Part shown: positions 1-9,691 of the stretch, in pieces
How the letters are laid out: every line of letters begins with the position of its first letter
Position numbering within the stretch: position 1 is the stretch's first letter
Source: an uncultured Collinsella sp.
GTDB lineage: Bacteria; Actinomycetota; Coriobacteriia; Coriobacteriales; Coriobacteriaceae
Reading direction: 5' to 3'
Length of the DNA: 64,000 bases
NCBI GenBank assembly: GCA_900541745.1
Contig: UQLA01000006.1
Coordinates: 17,251 to 81,250 of the forward strand
Translations under genes and position numbers: made by a program
The notes under the pieces: model-generated
The model's input: only the letters and a program-made list of their open reading frames with translations
What the model was told of the DNA's origin: nothing
Databases searched by the model: none

Positions 1-1011
1 GCCCGCAAGCTCCATCCGGACGTCAATAAAGAGCCGGATGCCGAGGAGAAGTTTAAAGAGGTTTCCGAGGCCTACGCCGTGCTTTCGGACGAGCAGAAGC
101 GTGCGCGTTACGACGCCATGCGGTCGGGCAATCCCTTTGCCGGTGCACCGACGGCTTCGACTTATGGCGGTGGCTATGCCGGCAGCGCCGGTTACGGCAA
201 TCCCTTTGACGGCGGTTTCCCCTTCGGGGGCGCCTGGGGTCAGCCCCGTCGCGGCCAGGCGGCCTACAACCCCGAGAGTGGCGCCAACGTGGTCGTCGAT
301 ATCAAGCTCGACGCCAAGGAGGCTAAGGGCGGTGCCCACAAGACCGTTCGCTACACCCGCTTTGACACCTGCGGACATTGTGGCGGATCGGGCTCCGTTT
401 CGTCAGAGCATGCCCACACCTGTCCGAGTTGCGGTGGTCGCGGCCATATCGATGTTGACCTGTCCTTCCTGTTTGGTGCGGGCACGTTCCAGACGGTTTG
501 TCCTGAGTGCGGCGGTTCCGGCAAGGTCGTTGCCGACCCCTGCCCCGATTGCAGTGGCAGCGGCCGTGTCCGTGTGACCTCCGAACAGACGATTGAGTTT
601 CCCGCCGGCACGCATGATGGCGACGAGGTGCGCATCCCCAACATGGGTCACGCCGGCACGAACGGCGCTTCGGGCGGCGATCTGGTCGGTCGTGCGCACG
701 TCGAGGCCGAGCGCCTGGAGGGTAAGGCTCGCACCGGCTTCTACCTCATGGGCATTATCGCTCCGTTTTTGGTGCTGTCGGCCATCTCGGGCGTGTTCTC
801 CGCCTTCGCCATGATGTGCTTCATTCCGTTTGCCATGGGCTTGTTCATGGTGCTGTCGGACGGCGTGCTTCATCGCAGCCTGCTGTGGTGGAAGCGCGGC
901 GCGATGCAGTTTGCCAATGGTTTTGCCAACGGCTTTATGTTTGCGCTCGTGTCGGTCTGGTTTGCGAGCTGCTCGCAGCAGGCCATGCTTTCGCCCTACG
1001 GGATGCAATAA
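1..1011 (+). CDS. DnaJ-family protein (5'-partial) with J domain, four CxxCxGxG motifs and a hydrophobic C-terminus
   Basis: Frame 1 is open from the window start: [25 protein letters not shown] (HPD motif). It continues with a G/F-rich region and [32 protein letters not shown], then about three hydrophobic segments. Confidence 0.85.
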   Translation, partial: ARKLHPDVNKEPDAEEKFKEVSEAYAVLSDEQKRARYDAMRSGNPFAGAPTASTYGGGYAGSAGYGNPFDGGFPFGGAWGQPRRGQAAYNPESGANVVVDIKLDAKEAKGGAHKTVRYTRFDTCGHCGGSGSVSSEHAHTCPSCGGRGHIDVDLSFLFGAGTFQTVCPECGGSGKVVADPCPDCSGSGRVRVTSEQTIEFPAGTHDGDEVRIPNMGHAGTNGASGGDLVGRAHVEAERLEGKARTGFYLMGIIAPFLVLSAISGVFSAFAMMCFIPFAMGLFMVLSDGVLHRSLLWWKRGAMQFANGFANGFMFALVSVWFASCSQQAMLSPYGMQ

Positions 1012-1092
1012 CATCAAACCCTCTGTTTGCGGCCGGCCCAGCTTGGGTATAGGACGCACTGTGACAATAATGAAAGTTGGAAGGATTCGGTC

Positions 1093-2241
1093 GTGTCGGA
1101 AAATAGGGATTACTACGAGGTACTTGGCGTTGACAAGGATGCCGACGCGCGGACGATCAAGCGCGCGTTTCTAAAGAAAGCCCGTACGGTACACCCGGAT
1201 GTTTCGGACGACCCCGAGGCCGAGGCCAAGTTCAAAGAGCTCAACGAGGCCTATTCCGTTCTTTCCGACGAGCAGAAGCGTGCTAACTACGACCGTTACG
1301 GCACCGCTGACGGCCCTGGTGGCTCTGGCTATGTCGACATCAACGATATCTTTGGCGGCATGGGCATGGACGACCTGTTCTCGTCGTTCTTTGGCGGTGG
1401 CGCCGGCGGTGGCGCTCGCAGCCGTCGCGAGCGCCGTCGCGGTCGCGATATGGCCATCTCCCTTTCGGTGACGCTCGAGGAGGCGGCGCTCGGGTGCAAA
1501 AAGACGATCAGCTACGATCGTCTTGCCCCTTGCGATGACTGCAATGGTACCGGCAAGGCCGAGGGCGCTACCGAAAAGCAGTGCAGCCGCTGTCACGGCA
1601 CAGGCTATGTGACGACGGTCCAGCGTTCTTTCCTGGGCCAGGTTCAGTCCTCTTCGCCCTGTCCCGACTGCCACGGCGAAGGCACTGTCATCGATCATCC
1701 CTGCGAGACCTGCGATGGCCAGGGCCGTACGCCTTCTCACGAAAAGATTGACATCGATATTCCCGCCGGTGTTTCGACCGGTCGCCAGCTGCGCGTGAGT
1801 GGTTTTGGCGAGGCCGGCCTTCGTGGCGAGCCGTCGGGCGACCTGATCGTCAACGTGCGTGTCGCCGACCACGAGCGTTTTAAGCGTAATGGTGATGACC
1901 TCTATCTGGTGAGCGATATCTCGATTGCGCAGGCCGCGCTCGGTTGCGAGATTGAGGTCGAGGGCATTATGCCTGACGAGGTCGTTAAAGTGACGGTTCC
2001 CGCCGGCACACAGTACGGTGACACCGTGAGCGTCAACAACTACGGCATGCCGCGTATCGGCGGTGGCGGCTCGCGCGGTCGTCTGATTGTGCAGCTGCGC
2101 GTGGTCGTTCCCACCAATCTCTCCAACAAACAGCGCGAGCTGCTTCGCGCCTTTGCCGACGAGATGGGCGATGACGTCGCATCCGGTAAGAAGTCGGTGA
2201 CCGACCGTATCAAGAGTGCCCTCGACGACATCCTCGATTAA
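1093..2241 (+). CDS. dnaJ: Molecular chaperone DnaJ
   Basis: DYYEVLGV...HPD J domain, G/F region, four zinc-finger motifs, full C-terminal domain. GTG start chosen after AAGGA. Confidence 0.93.
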   Translation: MSENRDYYEVLGVDKDADARTIKRAFLKKARTVHPDVSDDPEAEAKFKELNEAYSVLSDEQKRANYDRYGTADGPGGSGYVDINDIFGGMGMDDLFSSFFGGGAGGGARSRRERRRGRDMAISLSVTLEEAALGCKKTISYDRLAPCDDCNGTGKAEGATEKQCSRCHGTGYVTTVQRSFLGQVQSSSPCPDCHGEGTVIDHPCETCDGQGRTPSHEKIDIDIPAGVSTGRQLRVSGFGEAGLRGEPSGDLIVNVRVADHERFKRNGDDLYLVSDISIAQAALGCEIEVEGIMPDEVVKVTVPAGTQYGDTVSVNNYGMPRIGGGGSRGRLIVQLRVVVPTNLSNKQRELLRAFADEMGDDVASGKKSVTDRIKSALDDILD

Positions 2242-2250
2242 GGAGCCCGT

Positions 2251-3543
2251 GTGCTCGCACCCCATATTTCCGTCGTCAACCTCGGATGCCGTGTCAACCG
2301 GGTTGAGTCCGACCGTATCACTGCTGATCTTATGCGCTTGGGTTTTGCAATGGTGGAGCCTCAGGATGCAGAACTGATCGTCATCAATACCTGTGCCGTG
2401 ACGGGGGAGGCCGAGGCCAAGACCCGCAAGGCCGTCCGTCACGCCCTGGCCTATTCGGGCGAGCCTTACGTGGTCGTAACCGGCTGCGTCGTTAACCTGC
2501 ATCCCGAGGAGCTGCTGGAGCTCTCCGATCGCGTGATCGCCGAACCGTCCAAGATTGACGTCGCCGAGCGCGTCTGTGAGGTGCTAGGTGTCGAATCCGA
2601 TAGCGTGCCCGCCTGCAGCGATGGCGACGTGGTCGATGCGCTCGGTCGTTCGCGGCTGGGCGTGAAGATCCAAGATGGCTGCAACCACCGCTGCACTTAT
2701 TGCATTGTGTGGAAGGCCCGCGGCCCCGAGCGTTCCGTGCCCGTCGAGTCCGTGCTCGAACAGGTGCGCGAAGCGCAGGAGGCCGGCGTGCCCGAGGTCG
2801 TGCTGACCGGCGTGAATCTGGGTGCCTATGACGGCAAGAGCGCGACCGACGAACATGTCGAGATCGATGAGCTGCTCCAGGCCATCATGGAGCGCACCGA
2901 GATCGCCCACGTGCGCATCTCCTCGGTGGAACCCATGGATATTTCCGAGCGCCTGCTCAAGGTGATGGCTCGCTATCCGAAGCGTATCGCGCCGTTTTTG
3001 CACCTTCCCGTGCAGTCTGGCTGCACGGCGACGCTGCATCGCATGGGTCGTCCCTATAGTGCCGAGGCCTTTGAGGATACGGTGCGCATGATTCGCGCTA
3101 ACCTTCCACAAGCGTCTCTTTCGTGCGATGTCATCGTCGGTTTTCCTGGCGAGACGGACGAGGAGTTCGAGGAGTCGCTGGCGCTGTGCCGTCGCGTGGG
3201 CTTTTCGCGCATGCATGTGTTCCGCTATAGCAAGCGCCCCGGCACCCTCGCCGCCGACATGCCCGACCAGGTACCTCCTGAGGTCATGGCCGAACGCAGC
3301 CGCCGCATGCGTGCCGCCGCACAGGAGCTTGCGATCGCCGATGCCCGTCGTCGCGTGGGCACGGTCGAGCGTGCGGTGCTCGAGTATGGCGACAATTTGA
3401 CGCTCGGCTCGTTCCATCATGCCCGTCTCGATGATACCTGTGGACTCACAGCCCCGTGCCTGCTCGATGTTGCTATCATCGGAGTCGATGATTCCGGCTT
3501 GGTCCATGCACACAGGGAGGTTCATGGAAGCCTCGAAGATTAG
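2251..3543 (+). CDS. mtaB: MtaB-type radical SAM tRNA methylthiotransferase
   Basis: NLGCRVN..E and INTCAVT N-terminal motifs, CNHRCTYC radical SAM motif, position after dnaJ. Confidence 0.85.
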   Translation: MLAPHISVVNLGCRVNRVESDRITADLMRLGFAMVEPQDAELIVINTCAVTGEAEAKTRKAVRHALAYSGEPYVVVTGCVVNLHPEELLELSDRVIAEPSKIDVAERVCEVLGVESDSVPACSDGDVVDALGRSRLGVKIQDGCNHRCTYCIVWKARGPERSVPVESVLEQVREAQEAGVPEVVLTGVNLGAYDGKSATDEHVEIDELLQAIMERTEIAHVRISSVEPMDISERLLKVMARYPKRIAPFLHLPVQSGCTATLHRMGRPYSAEAFEDTVRMIRANLPQASLSCDVIVGFPGETDEEFEESLALCRRVGFSRMHVFRYSKRPGTLAADMPDQVPPEVMAERSRRMRAAAQELAIADARRRVGTVERAVLEYGDNLTLGSFHHARLDDTCGLTAPCLLDVAIIGVDDSGLVHAHREVHGSLED

Positions 3544-4510
3544 ACTTACCGTTCCCGAGGGTATCGACCCCTCGCGCGTTTTGGGCGCCGGCGACGGCGT
3601 TCTTCGTGCACTCGAGAACTTGGTGCGCGCCCATGTGGTTGCCCGCGGTGACAGCGTTGCCGTGAGCGGCGATCCGGACGAGGTCGAGCTGGTCGCGCGT
3701 TTTTTCGAACACGCCTTTCGCGAGGCCGCTGCCGGGCGCACGCTTTCTGCCGATGATGTCTCGCGCTGCCTGGCCGTTCTGCGCGACGGCGAGCATGATG
3801 CCTCGTCGCTGCGCGATGACGTGCTGCTATCGTATCGTGGTCGCGTCATCCGCCCCAAGACGCTCGGCCAAAAGCGCTATGTGGATGCCATCCGCTCTTC
3901 TACCATCACGTTTGGCCTGGGTCCCGCCGGTACCGGTAAAACCTATCTGGCCATGGCGCTCGCCGTCGCCGCGCTCAAGCGCCATGAGGTGGGCCGCCTG
4001 ATCCTGACGCGCCCGGTTGTCGAGGCGGGGGAGAACTTGGGCTTTTTGCCCGGCACCCTCGAGGAAAAGATCGACCCGTATATGCGCCCGCTCTATGATG
4101 CCCTCTTTGACATGATGGATCGCGAACGTACCGATGAGCTTATGGAGCGTGGCGTGATCGAGATCGCGCCGCTCGCCTACATGCGCGGTCGTACGCTGAG
4201 TGATGCCTTTGTGGTGCTCGATGAGGCACAAAACACGACGCCCGAGCAGATGAAGATGTTCCTGACGCGTCTGGGTTTTAATTCCAAGTTCGTGATTACC
4301 GGCGACCTGAGCCAGCGTGACCTGGTGGGTCGTCGCGGCGGTCTTTCCGATGTCGAGCGGATTTTGGGTCGCGTCGACGATGTGACGTTTTCTCACCTGG
4401 AGCGCGCCGATGTGGTGCGCCATGCCCTGGTGGGCCGTATCGTCGAGGCCTATGATGCATACGACGATGCGCTCGAGCAGCGCTCGCACGATCGAAAGGA
4501 GTCCCGTTGA
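3524..4510 (+). CDS. phoH: PhoH-like ATPase
   Basis: GPAGTGKT Walker A, RPVVEAGE, YMRGRTL, LDEAQN. ATG at 3524 follows GGAGG. Confidence 0.93.
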   Translation: MEASKIRLTVPEGIDPSRVLGAGDGVLRALENLVRAHVVARGDSVAVSGDPDEVELVARFFEHAFREAAAGRTLSADDVSRCLAVLRDGEHDASSLRDDVLLSYRGRVIRPKTLGQKRYVDAIRSSTITFGLGPAGTGKTYLAMALAVAALKRHEVGRLILTRPVVEAGENLGFLPGTLEEKIDPYMRPLYDALFDMMDRERTDELMERGVIEIAPLAYMRGRTLSDAFVVLDEAQNTTPEQMKMFLTRLGFNSKFVITGDLSQRDLVGRRGGLSDVERILGRVDDVTFSHLERADVVRHALVGRIVEAYDAYDDALEQRSHDRKESR

Positions 4511-5016
4511 GTGTATTGATCAGCAATGATGCCGAGCTCGATACGCTGCTCGATGCCCAGGAGGTGGAGCACATCTGCTCAGTTGTGCTTGCCGCCGAGG
4601 GCGTTGAGCGTGAGGTCGAGATTTCCCTTTCGTATGTCGATGAGGACGAGATGCATGAGCTCAATCTTGAGTGGCGTGGCATCGATCGCACGACCGACGT
4701 GCTCTCGTTTGAATGCGACTCGGCCTTTGACGAGGACATTCCCGCCGACGAGACGCTCGAGCTCGGCGATATTATCCTGGCCCCGCAGGTCATTGCTCGC
4801 CAGGCCCCCGGCTTTGGCAACAGCCCTGCCGATGAGTGCCGGCTGATGCTTGTTCACGGCATGCTGCACCTGCTGGGCTATGACCACATCGAGGACGACG
4901 AGGCCGAGGTCATGGAGGCCCGTGAGGATGCCATCCTGCGTGACCTGGCGCTTGAACGCGGCGAGGACCCCAAACTCGTCCACGTCGGCCCCATTACCAA
5001 TCATGCCCACGACTAG
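4507..5016 (+). CDS. ybeY: rRNA maturation endoribonuclease YbeY
   Basis: TDVLSF and HGMLHLLGYDH motifs. Confidence 0.95.
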   Translation: MSVLISNDAELDTLLDAQEVEHICSVVLAAEGVEREVEISLSYVDEDEMHELNLEWRGIDRTTDVLSFECDSAFDEDIPADETLELGDIILAPQVIARQAPGFGNSPADECRLMLVHGMLHLLGYDHIEDDEAEVMEAREDAILRDLALERGEDPKLVHVGPITNHAHD

Positions 5017-5025
5017 GAGCCGTCT

Positions 5026-5403
5026 ATGATTCCCGGATCGAACAAGGACCATCCGTCCTTTTTAAAGTCGTTCTCATACGCCATGGAGGGCTTCGTCACC
5101 GCCGTCAAGACCGAGCGCAATATCAAGGTCATGCTCGTGGCGGGCGTGTGCACCGTCATCGCCGGTTGCATCGTGGGGCTCGATATTGCCGAGTGGGCTA
5201 CGGTCATCATTTGCTGCGGCCTGGTGATTCACGGCGAGCTGTGCAATACCGCCATGGAGGCGATTGTGGACCTGGCGACCCAGGAGCTGCATCCGCTGGC
5301 CAAGCGCGCGAAGGATATCGCCGCTGCCTCTGTATACGTTCTTTCCATTACCGCCGCGATCGTGGGCTTGCTTGTCTTTGCCCACGCGCTCGACTTTATT
5401 TAG
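5026..5403 (+). CDS. dgkA: Diacylglycerol/undecaprenol kinase
   Basis: SFSYAMEG, ELCNTAMEAIVDL, AKRAKDIAAA, hydrophobic helices; ybeY-dgkA-era order. Confidence 0.9.
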   Translation: MIPGSNKDHPSFLKSFSYAMEGFVTAVKTERNIKVMLVAGVCTVIAGCIVGLDIAEWATVIICCGLVIHGELCNTAMEAIVDLATQELHPLAKRAKDIAAASVYVLSITAAIVGLLVFAHALDFI

Positions 5404-5415
5404 AAAGGGATTCCC

Positions 5416-6486
5416 ATGTCCGACAATATGCAGCCTACCGGTGAAGTTTTGGATGACGAGGTCCTGGACGAGGCTGAAGGTGCCGATTCGTTTGACGAGG
5501 TCGAGGAGTTCGACCCGTTTGAGGGTATGAGCGACGAGGAACTCGATGCCCTTTGCGACGAGGATGAGAGCCTCGCGGGCTTTGGCGACGTGGAACCTGG
5601 TTTCCGCAGCGGCTTTGTGGCCCTGGTCGGTCGTCCCAACGCCGGCAAGTCCACGCTGCTCAACGCCTGTTACGGCAAGAAGGTCGCCATTACCTCTCCG
5701 GTTGCCCAGACGACCCGCCGCCGTATGCGCGCCGTGGTCAACCGCCCCGGCTATCAGCTGGTTTTCGTTGACACGCCGGGTATCCACAAGCCCAAGGACG
5801 GCCTGGGCTCCGAGCTTAACAAGAGCGCGTTGTTCGAACTGAACGATGTCGATGTCGTCGCGTTTCTGATCGACGCCACCAAACCCATCGGTAGGGGAGA
5901 CGCCTGGGTCGCAGAGCGCGTCAAGAACGCCCGTTCAAAAAAGGTCCTGGTGCTTACCAAAGCCGACGAGGCCGATCCCGCCCAGGTTATGGAACAACTC
6001 AAGGCCGCCCACGAGCTTATGGAATACGACGATGAGATCGTGACGTCGTCGGTCAAGAACTTCAACGTCGATGCGTTTATCGAGACCGTCGCTCACTTCT
6101 TGCCCGAGGGCCCGCGTTGGTTCCCCGAGGACATGGGCACCGACGCGTCCGACGAGACCCTCGTGGCCGAGTTTGTGCGCGAGAAGGTCCTGCGTCGCAC
6201 CCGCGACGAGATCCCTCACTCCGTGGGCGTCATCTGTGACGCGCTCGAGCAGACTAAGAAGGTCCTGCGCGTGCACGCCACGATTTACGTCGAGCGCGAG
6301 GGGCAGAAGGGCATCATCATCGGCAAGGGCGGCGAGATGATTAAGCATATCGGCATCGATGCCCGTCGCGATCTTGAGCGTATCTTTGGCACTCAGGTCT
6401 TTTTGGAGCTCGACGTGAAGGTTAAGGCCGGCTGGCGCGATGACGAGGCGCAAATCCGCCGCTTTGGCTATAACGCCGAAGATTAA
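5416..6486 (+). CDS. era: GTPase Era with acidic N-terminal extension
   Basis: GRPNAGKS, QTTR, DTPG, KH-domain GIIIGKGG. Confidence 0.95.
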   Translation: MSDNMQPTGEVLDDEVLDEAEGADSFDEVEEFDPFEGMSDEELDALCDEDESLAGFGDVEPGFRSGFVALVGRPNAGKSTLLNACYGKKVAITSPVAQTTRRRMRAVVNRPGYQLVFVDTPGIHKPKDGLGSELNKSALFELNDVDVVAFLIDATKPIGRGDAWVAERVKNARSKKVLVLTKADEADPAQVMEQLKAAHELMEYDDEIVTSSVKNFNVDAFIETVAHFLPEGPRWFPEDMGTDASDETLVAEFVREKVLRRTRDEIPHSVGVICDALEQTKKVLRVHATIYVEREGQKGIIIGKGGEMIKHIGIDARRDLERIFGTQVFLELDVKVKAGWRDDEAQIRRFGYNAED

Positions 6487-6498
6487 GCCTCGGCGTTC

Positions 6499-7248
6499 AT
6501 GGCAGGCTCTCGCACATATCGCACAAAGGTGCTCGTCCTCGACAAGACTAAGCTCAAGGAAACCGACCTGATTTTGACGATGCTCGACGAACGGGGGCGG
6601 CAGGTGCGTGCCGTGGCCAAGGGCGCACGTAAGCCTGGCGGTCGCCTTGCGGCCCGTTGCGAGCTCTTTTGCACCGTTGATATGCTGCTCGCGCATGGTC
6701 GCTCGCTCGACGTGGTTTCTCAGGCGGAGCTTATGGAGGCGCCGCTCGGTGCCGCTCCTGACTACGAGACGACCTGTTCCGCCAGCGCGATTGCCGAGGT
6801 TGCGCGCGCGTGCTCGTTCGAGGATGCCGAGGATCCATTTACCTTTGCCATCACGCAGCGAGCGCTCACGCTTGTCGGCAGCGGTCTCGACTCGGCACAT
6901 ATGGACCTGCTCGTGGCGGCCTTTGTCTTTAAACTGCTGTCGCACGTTGGCTACCGACCCGATTTTTCGGCATGCGTGTTGTGCGGAGACCCCATGCTGT
7001 CGTATTTTTCGCCCCAGGCGGGCGGGCTTCTGTGCGGGTCGTGCGCCTCGAGCGTGCCTGGCGCCGAGTTGGTCTCAACCGGCGAGGTTGCATGGCTTCG
7101 CGCCCTCATGTCTATGACGTTCGATGCACTCATGGCCGAGCGAATTGACCCGCATACGGCGGCGTTCTTGCTCGGGCTTTCGCATGTGTGGGCGGCGACG
7201 CATACCGATCAGCGGCTCCGTGCAATGGAATTCATGTTGGGTCGGTGA
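6499..7248 (+). CDS. recO: DNA repair protein RecO
   Basis: ETDLILTML..VAKGARK OB-fold, CVLCG/CGSC zinc motif, position after era. Confidence 0.92.
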   Translation: MAGSRTYRTKVLVLDKTKLKETDLILTMLDERGRQVRAVAKGARKPGGRLAARCELFCTVDMLLAHGRSLDVVSQAELMEAPLGAAPDYETTCSASAIAEVARACSFEDAEDPFTFAITQRALTLVGSGLDSAHMDLLVAAFVFKLLSHVGYRPDFSACVLCGDPMLSYFSPQAGGLLCGSCASSVPGAELVSTGEVAWLRALMSMTFDALMAERIDPHTAAFLLGLSHVWAATHTDQRLRAMEFMLGR

Positions 7249-7386
7249 TGATGCGCAGGCGCGCGTCGCTTGTGGTAACATACCGACCTGTTGGTACCTC
7301 GACCTTGGATGTTCGCTCCACCGGCGACTTCCCAGTCCGAGGCGAATAGAGTCGTCCTCGGGCGACGCGAAACGAAAGGTGAAACA

Positions 7387-7665
7387 ATGACTGTTTCCAA
7401 AGAGCGCAAGGCGGAGCTGACCGCCCAGTTCGGTAACTCCCCGGTCGATACCGGTAACCCCAAGGTTCAGGTCGCCATCCTGTCCGAGCGCATCAAGGAG
7501 CTGACCGAGCACATGAAGTCCCACCAGAAGGACTTCCACACCCGTCGTGGCCTGCTCATGCTCGTCGGCCGTCGTCGTCGTCTTCTCTCCTACATCAAGA
7601 AGAACGACATCGTCGAGTACCGTGAGCTCATCAAGGCTCTGGGCATCCGCGACAACATCCAGTAG
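7387..7665 (+). CDS. rpsO: 30S ribosomal protein S15
   Basis: DTGNPKVQVAILSERI...HTRRGLLMLVGRRRRLLSY. ATG follows AAAGGTGA. The 3' end contains the att core. Confidence 0.97.
   Translation: MTVSKERKAELTAQFGNSPVDTGNPKVQVAILSERIKELTEHMKSHQKDFHTRRGLLMLVGRRRRLLSYIKKNDIVEYRELIKALGIRDNIQ
7653..7664 (+). repeat. attL core CAACATCCAGTA
   Basis: Identical to 47801-47812; covers the last rpsO codons. Confidence 0.92.
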
Positions 7666-7713
7666 TCGCGGATAGGTACAAACCCGCAGGTAGAACGCTT
7701 GCATAAAGGTTTT

Positions 7714-7743
7714 GCGTCCTAATTTGTCCTTACGGGTACCTAA
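7714..7743 (+). promoter_or_regulatory. Putative integrase arm-type sites (GCGTCCTAA, TTGTCCTTA, GTACCTAA)
   Basis: Tandem ~10-bp-period repeats near attL; GCGTCCTAA recurs at 47690-47698 near attR. Confidence 0.6.
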
Positions 7744-8874
7744 CTAATTGCCGAAATAGGCTCTATCGACCGTCTCGATGAACATCTGTTTGTCGGGGCG
7801 GTCGTAGTTTTTACCGAGAATATTCTTGGCTGCGTGCCCCATCATCTTGTCCACCATCTGGGCCGGGACATTGTACTTCCACAGCATCGCCGTGGCCCAC
7901 GTGTTGCGCAGGTTCTTCATGGGAAGGTAGCGCACCGTTATGTCTCCATTTTTAAAGTCCTTGCGCCAGAACTGGTTGAGCGTGCTGCGATCGTAGGGGT
8001 AGCCGGTGCCACGGTCTACCAGATAGCGCTCGCCCTCGGCGCGTCGCTCGGCGATGATCTCGCGCAGGCGCAGGCTCCACGGCTCGGGGATGACGATTGG
8101 CCGGTAGCTGTCCTTGGTCTTTAGCGCCATGAACCCCTGGGCGTTGAAGCCAAATTGTCGATGGAGGTCGTAGACGGCATAGGTGTGGCCGTTGTACTGC
8201 TCGAACGAAATATCATCCACGCTTGCCGCCGACGCTTCGCCGACGCGGCACGAACCGATTCCCATGAGAATGCAACTCGATTCATAGCGCTTTCCCTCCA
8301 CCTCTTTTAAGAGCTGGTGGAGTTCGGGGAGCGTGTACACTTCGAGTTCACTGTTGGGGGTCTTGTCGTTCTTGGGCATCTTGTATGCCACGTCCTTAAA
8401 GGTAATCCCCTTTACGCCATGCAGTTTGGCGCACGTCACCAGATTTCCGACTGTGATGTTTGACAGCTTGGCGACCGATGGCTTGAGCGTCTTCAACCAC
8501 AGCTGATATTCGTTCACGTCTACCTTGTCGAGCATCACCTTTTCCCATCTTTTTTCGATGTGCGCTGCCCATTGGGTCAGGTACACCTTGCGCGTGTTGT
8601 CGGCAAGCTCTTCTTTTTCTACGCGGCTGTTCAGCTCGGGCAGATACCACTCGTACCAGCATTGCGAAAATGTCGGGCACGGTATCACGCGCTCATTTGG
8701 TGGCAGATGGTGGAGTTGCCAAAGGCGGCGCAGCTCATCGTCGGCTTCGCGCGAGGTGCATGGATAGAGCGTCTTTGAGCGGCGGACGCGGTTGAGCCCG
8801 TCCCACTCGCACCAGCGGATGCGCCATTTGTTCTTGGTGATTTTGGTCTTCGTCCCCCATGACGAACGTGTCAT
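7744..8874 (-). CDS. int: Tyrosine recombinase (phage integrase)
   Basis: SCRVGEA, LKTKDSYR, KNLRNTWAT, MMGH and NYD catalytic motifs; adjacent to attL. ATG at 8874 follows GGAGG. Confidence 0.92.
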   Translation of the reverse strand: MTRSSWGTKTKITKNKWRIRWCEWDGLNRVRRSKTLYPCTSREADDELRRLWQLHHLPPNERVIPCPTFSQCWYEWYLPELNSRVEKEELADNTRKVYLTQWAAHIEKRWEKVMLDKVDVNEYQLWLKTLKPSVAKLSNITVGNLVTCAKLHGVKGITFKDVAYKMPKNDKTPNSELEVYTLPELHQLLKEVEGKRYESSCILMGIGSCRVGEASAASVDDISFEQYNGHTYAVYDLHRQFGFNAQGFMALKTKDSYRPIVIPEPWSLRLREIIAERRAEGERYLVDRGTGYPYDRSTLNQFWRKDFKNGDITVRYLPMKNLRNTWATAMLWKYNVPAQMVDKMMGHAAKNILGKNYDRPDKQMFIETVDRAYFGN

Positions 8875-8934
8875 AATTAAAAAAGTCCCTCCTGTCGGGC
8901 ATAGCCGACTCTTGCAGCTTGGATGGGATTGTTT

Positions 8935-8974
8935 GCGCTCCACTGGTCTTGGCGGGTTGGTGGGGCGCTTTCTT
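8935..8974 (+). terminator. Hairpin with T-tract between integrase and immunity genes
   Basis: GCGCTCCACTGG-10 nt-TTGGTGGGGCGC-TTTCTT. The G-T wobbles pair only on the + strand. Confidence 0.55.
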
Positions 8975-8999
8975 CTATAAACAGAAAATCTGTTTATAG

Positions 9000-9689
9000 C
9001 TACCAGGCGGCTCGCTCCTGATTGAGTATGATCTCGAGAGCGCCCACAGCGTTCATCAGCTCACGCTCGGCCTTGCGGTAGTCGCGGCTCGAGGTCTTCG
9101 TGCGCTCGCTGATGTACGTGATGACCGTGGTAGGCATGTCGAGGTCGTTGAAGTCGATTTTCAGAGCGAGCGTATCGACGTACTTCTGCTTGTCGGAGAC
9201 GAAATTGCCGCTCATGCCCGACATGGAGAAGTTACTCTGGCCGCCGAATGTCATCGAGCCACCGCCGAAACTGCCGGTGGCCATCTCGGAGCCGTCCACG
9301 AGCACAGAGAAGCCGCGAATGGATGCGATGGGGGCGTAGTAGGGCTTCGCCTCCATCGCCTTTTCAGCGACCAGCGAAAGACCGCCAGTGAACAACGCGA
9401 GCGTGGCCTTGCCGGCGATGCCCATACCCTTCGTCTTGACCGCTGCGGTCGCCCTCTTCACGCAGATGACGCCGCGCTCGGTGTCAATGGCGAACTTGCC
9501 GTAATCGTGCGTGGGCGTGAACTCCTGCTTACCCTTTTTGGCGCTGATGGCGCTCTTGAGCTCCTGAAGGCGCAGCTCGCCGTTGCGCTTGAACTCCTCC
9601 GTTTCCTTCCTCATGCGCTCGAGGTCGAACTCCTTGTCCTCCTCGCTGTAGTAGTCATCGTCCTTCTCGTTGTCGTCGTAATCTCCCAT
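9000..9689 (-). CDS. Immunity-region protein, candidate superinfection exclusion or accessory protein
   Basis: Starts 2 nt after the repressor stop, with an AAGGAGG RBS. Acidic N-terminus and a glycine-rich hydrophobic stretch (LALFTGGLSL). Confidence 0.65.
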   Translation of the reverse strand: MGDYDDNEKDDDYYSEEDKEFDLERMRKETEEFKRNGELRLQELKSAISAKKGKQEFTPTHDYGKFAIDTERGVICVKRATAAVKTKGMGIAGKATLALFTGGLSLVAEKAMEAKPYYAPIASIRGFSVLVDGSEMATGSFGGGSMTFGGQSNFSMSGMSGNFVSDKQKYVDTLALKIDFNDLDMPTTVITYISERTKTSSRDYRKAERELMNAVGALEIILNQERAAW

Positions 9690-9691
9690 GC

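Noticed and set aside
7600..7700. tRNA or tmRNA as the integration target
   Set aside because: No cloverleaf seen at either end; the att core lies in rpsO coding sequence.
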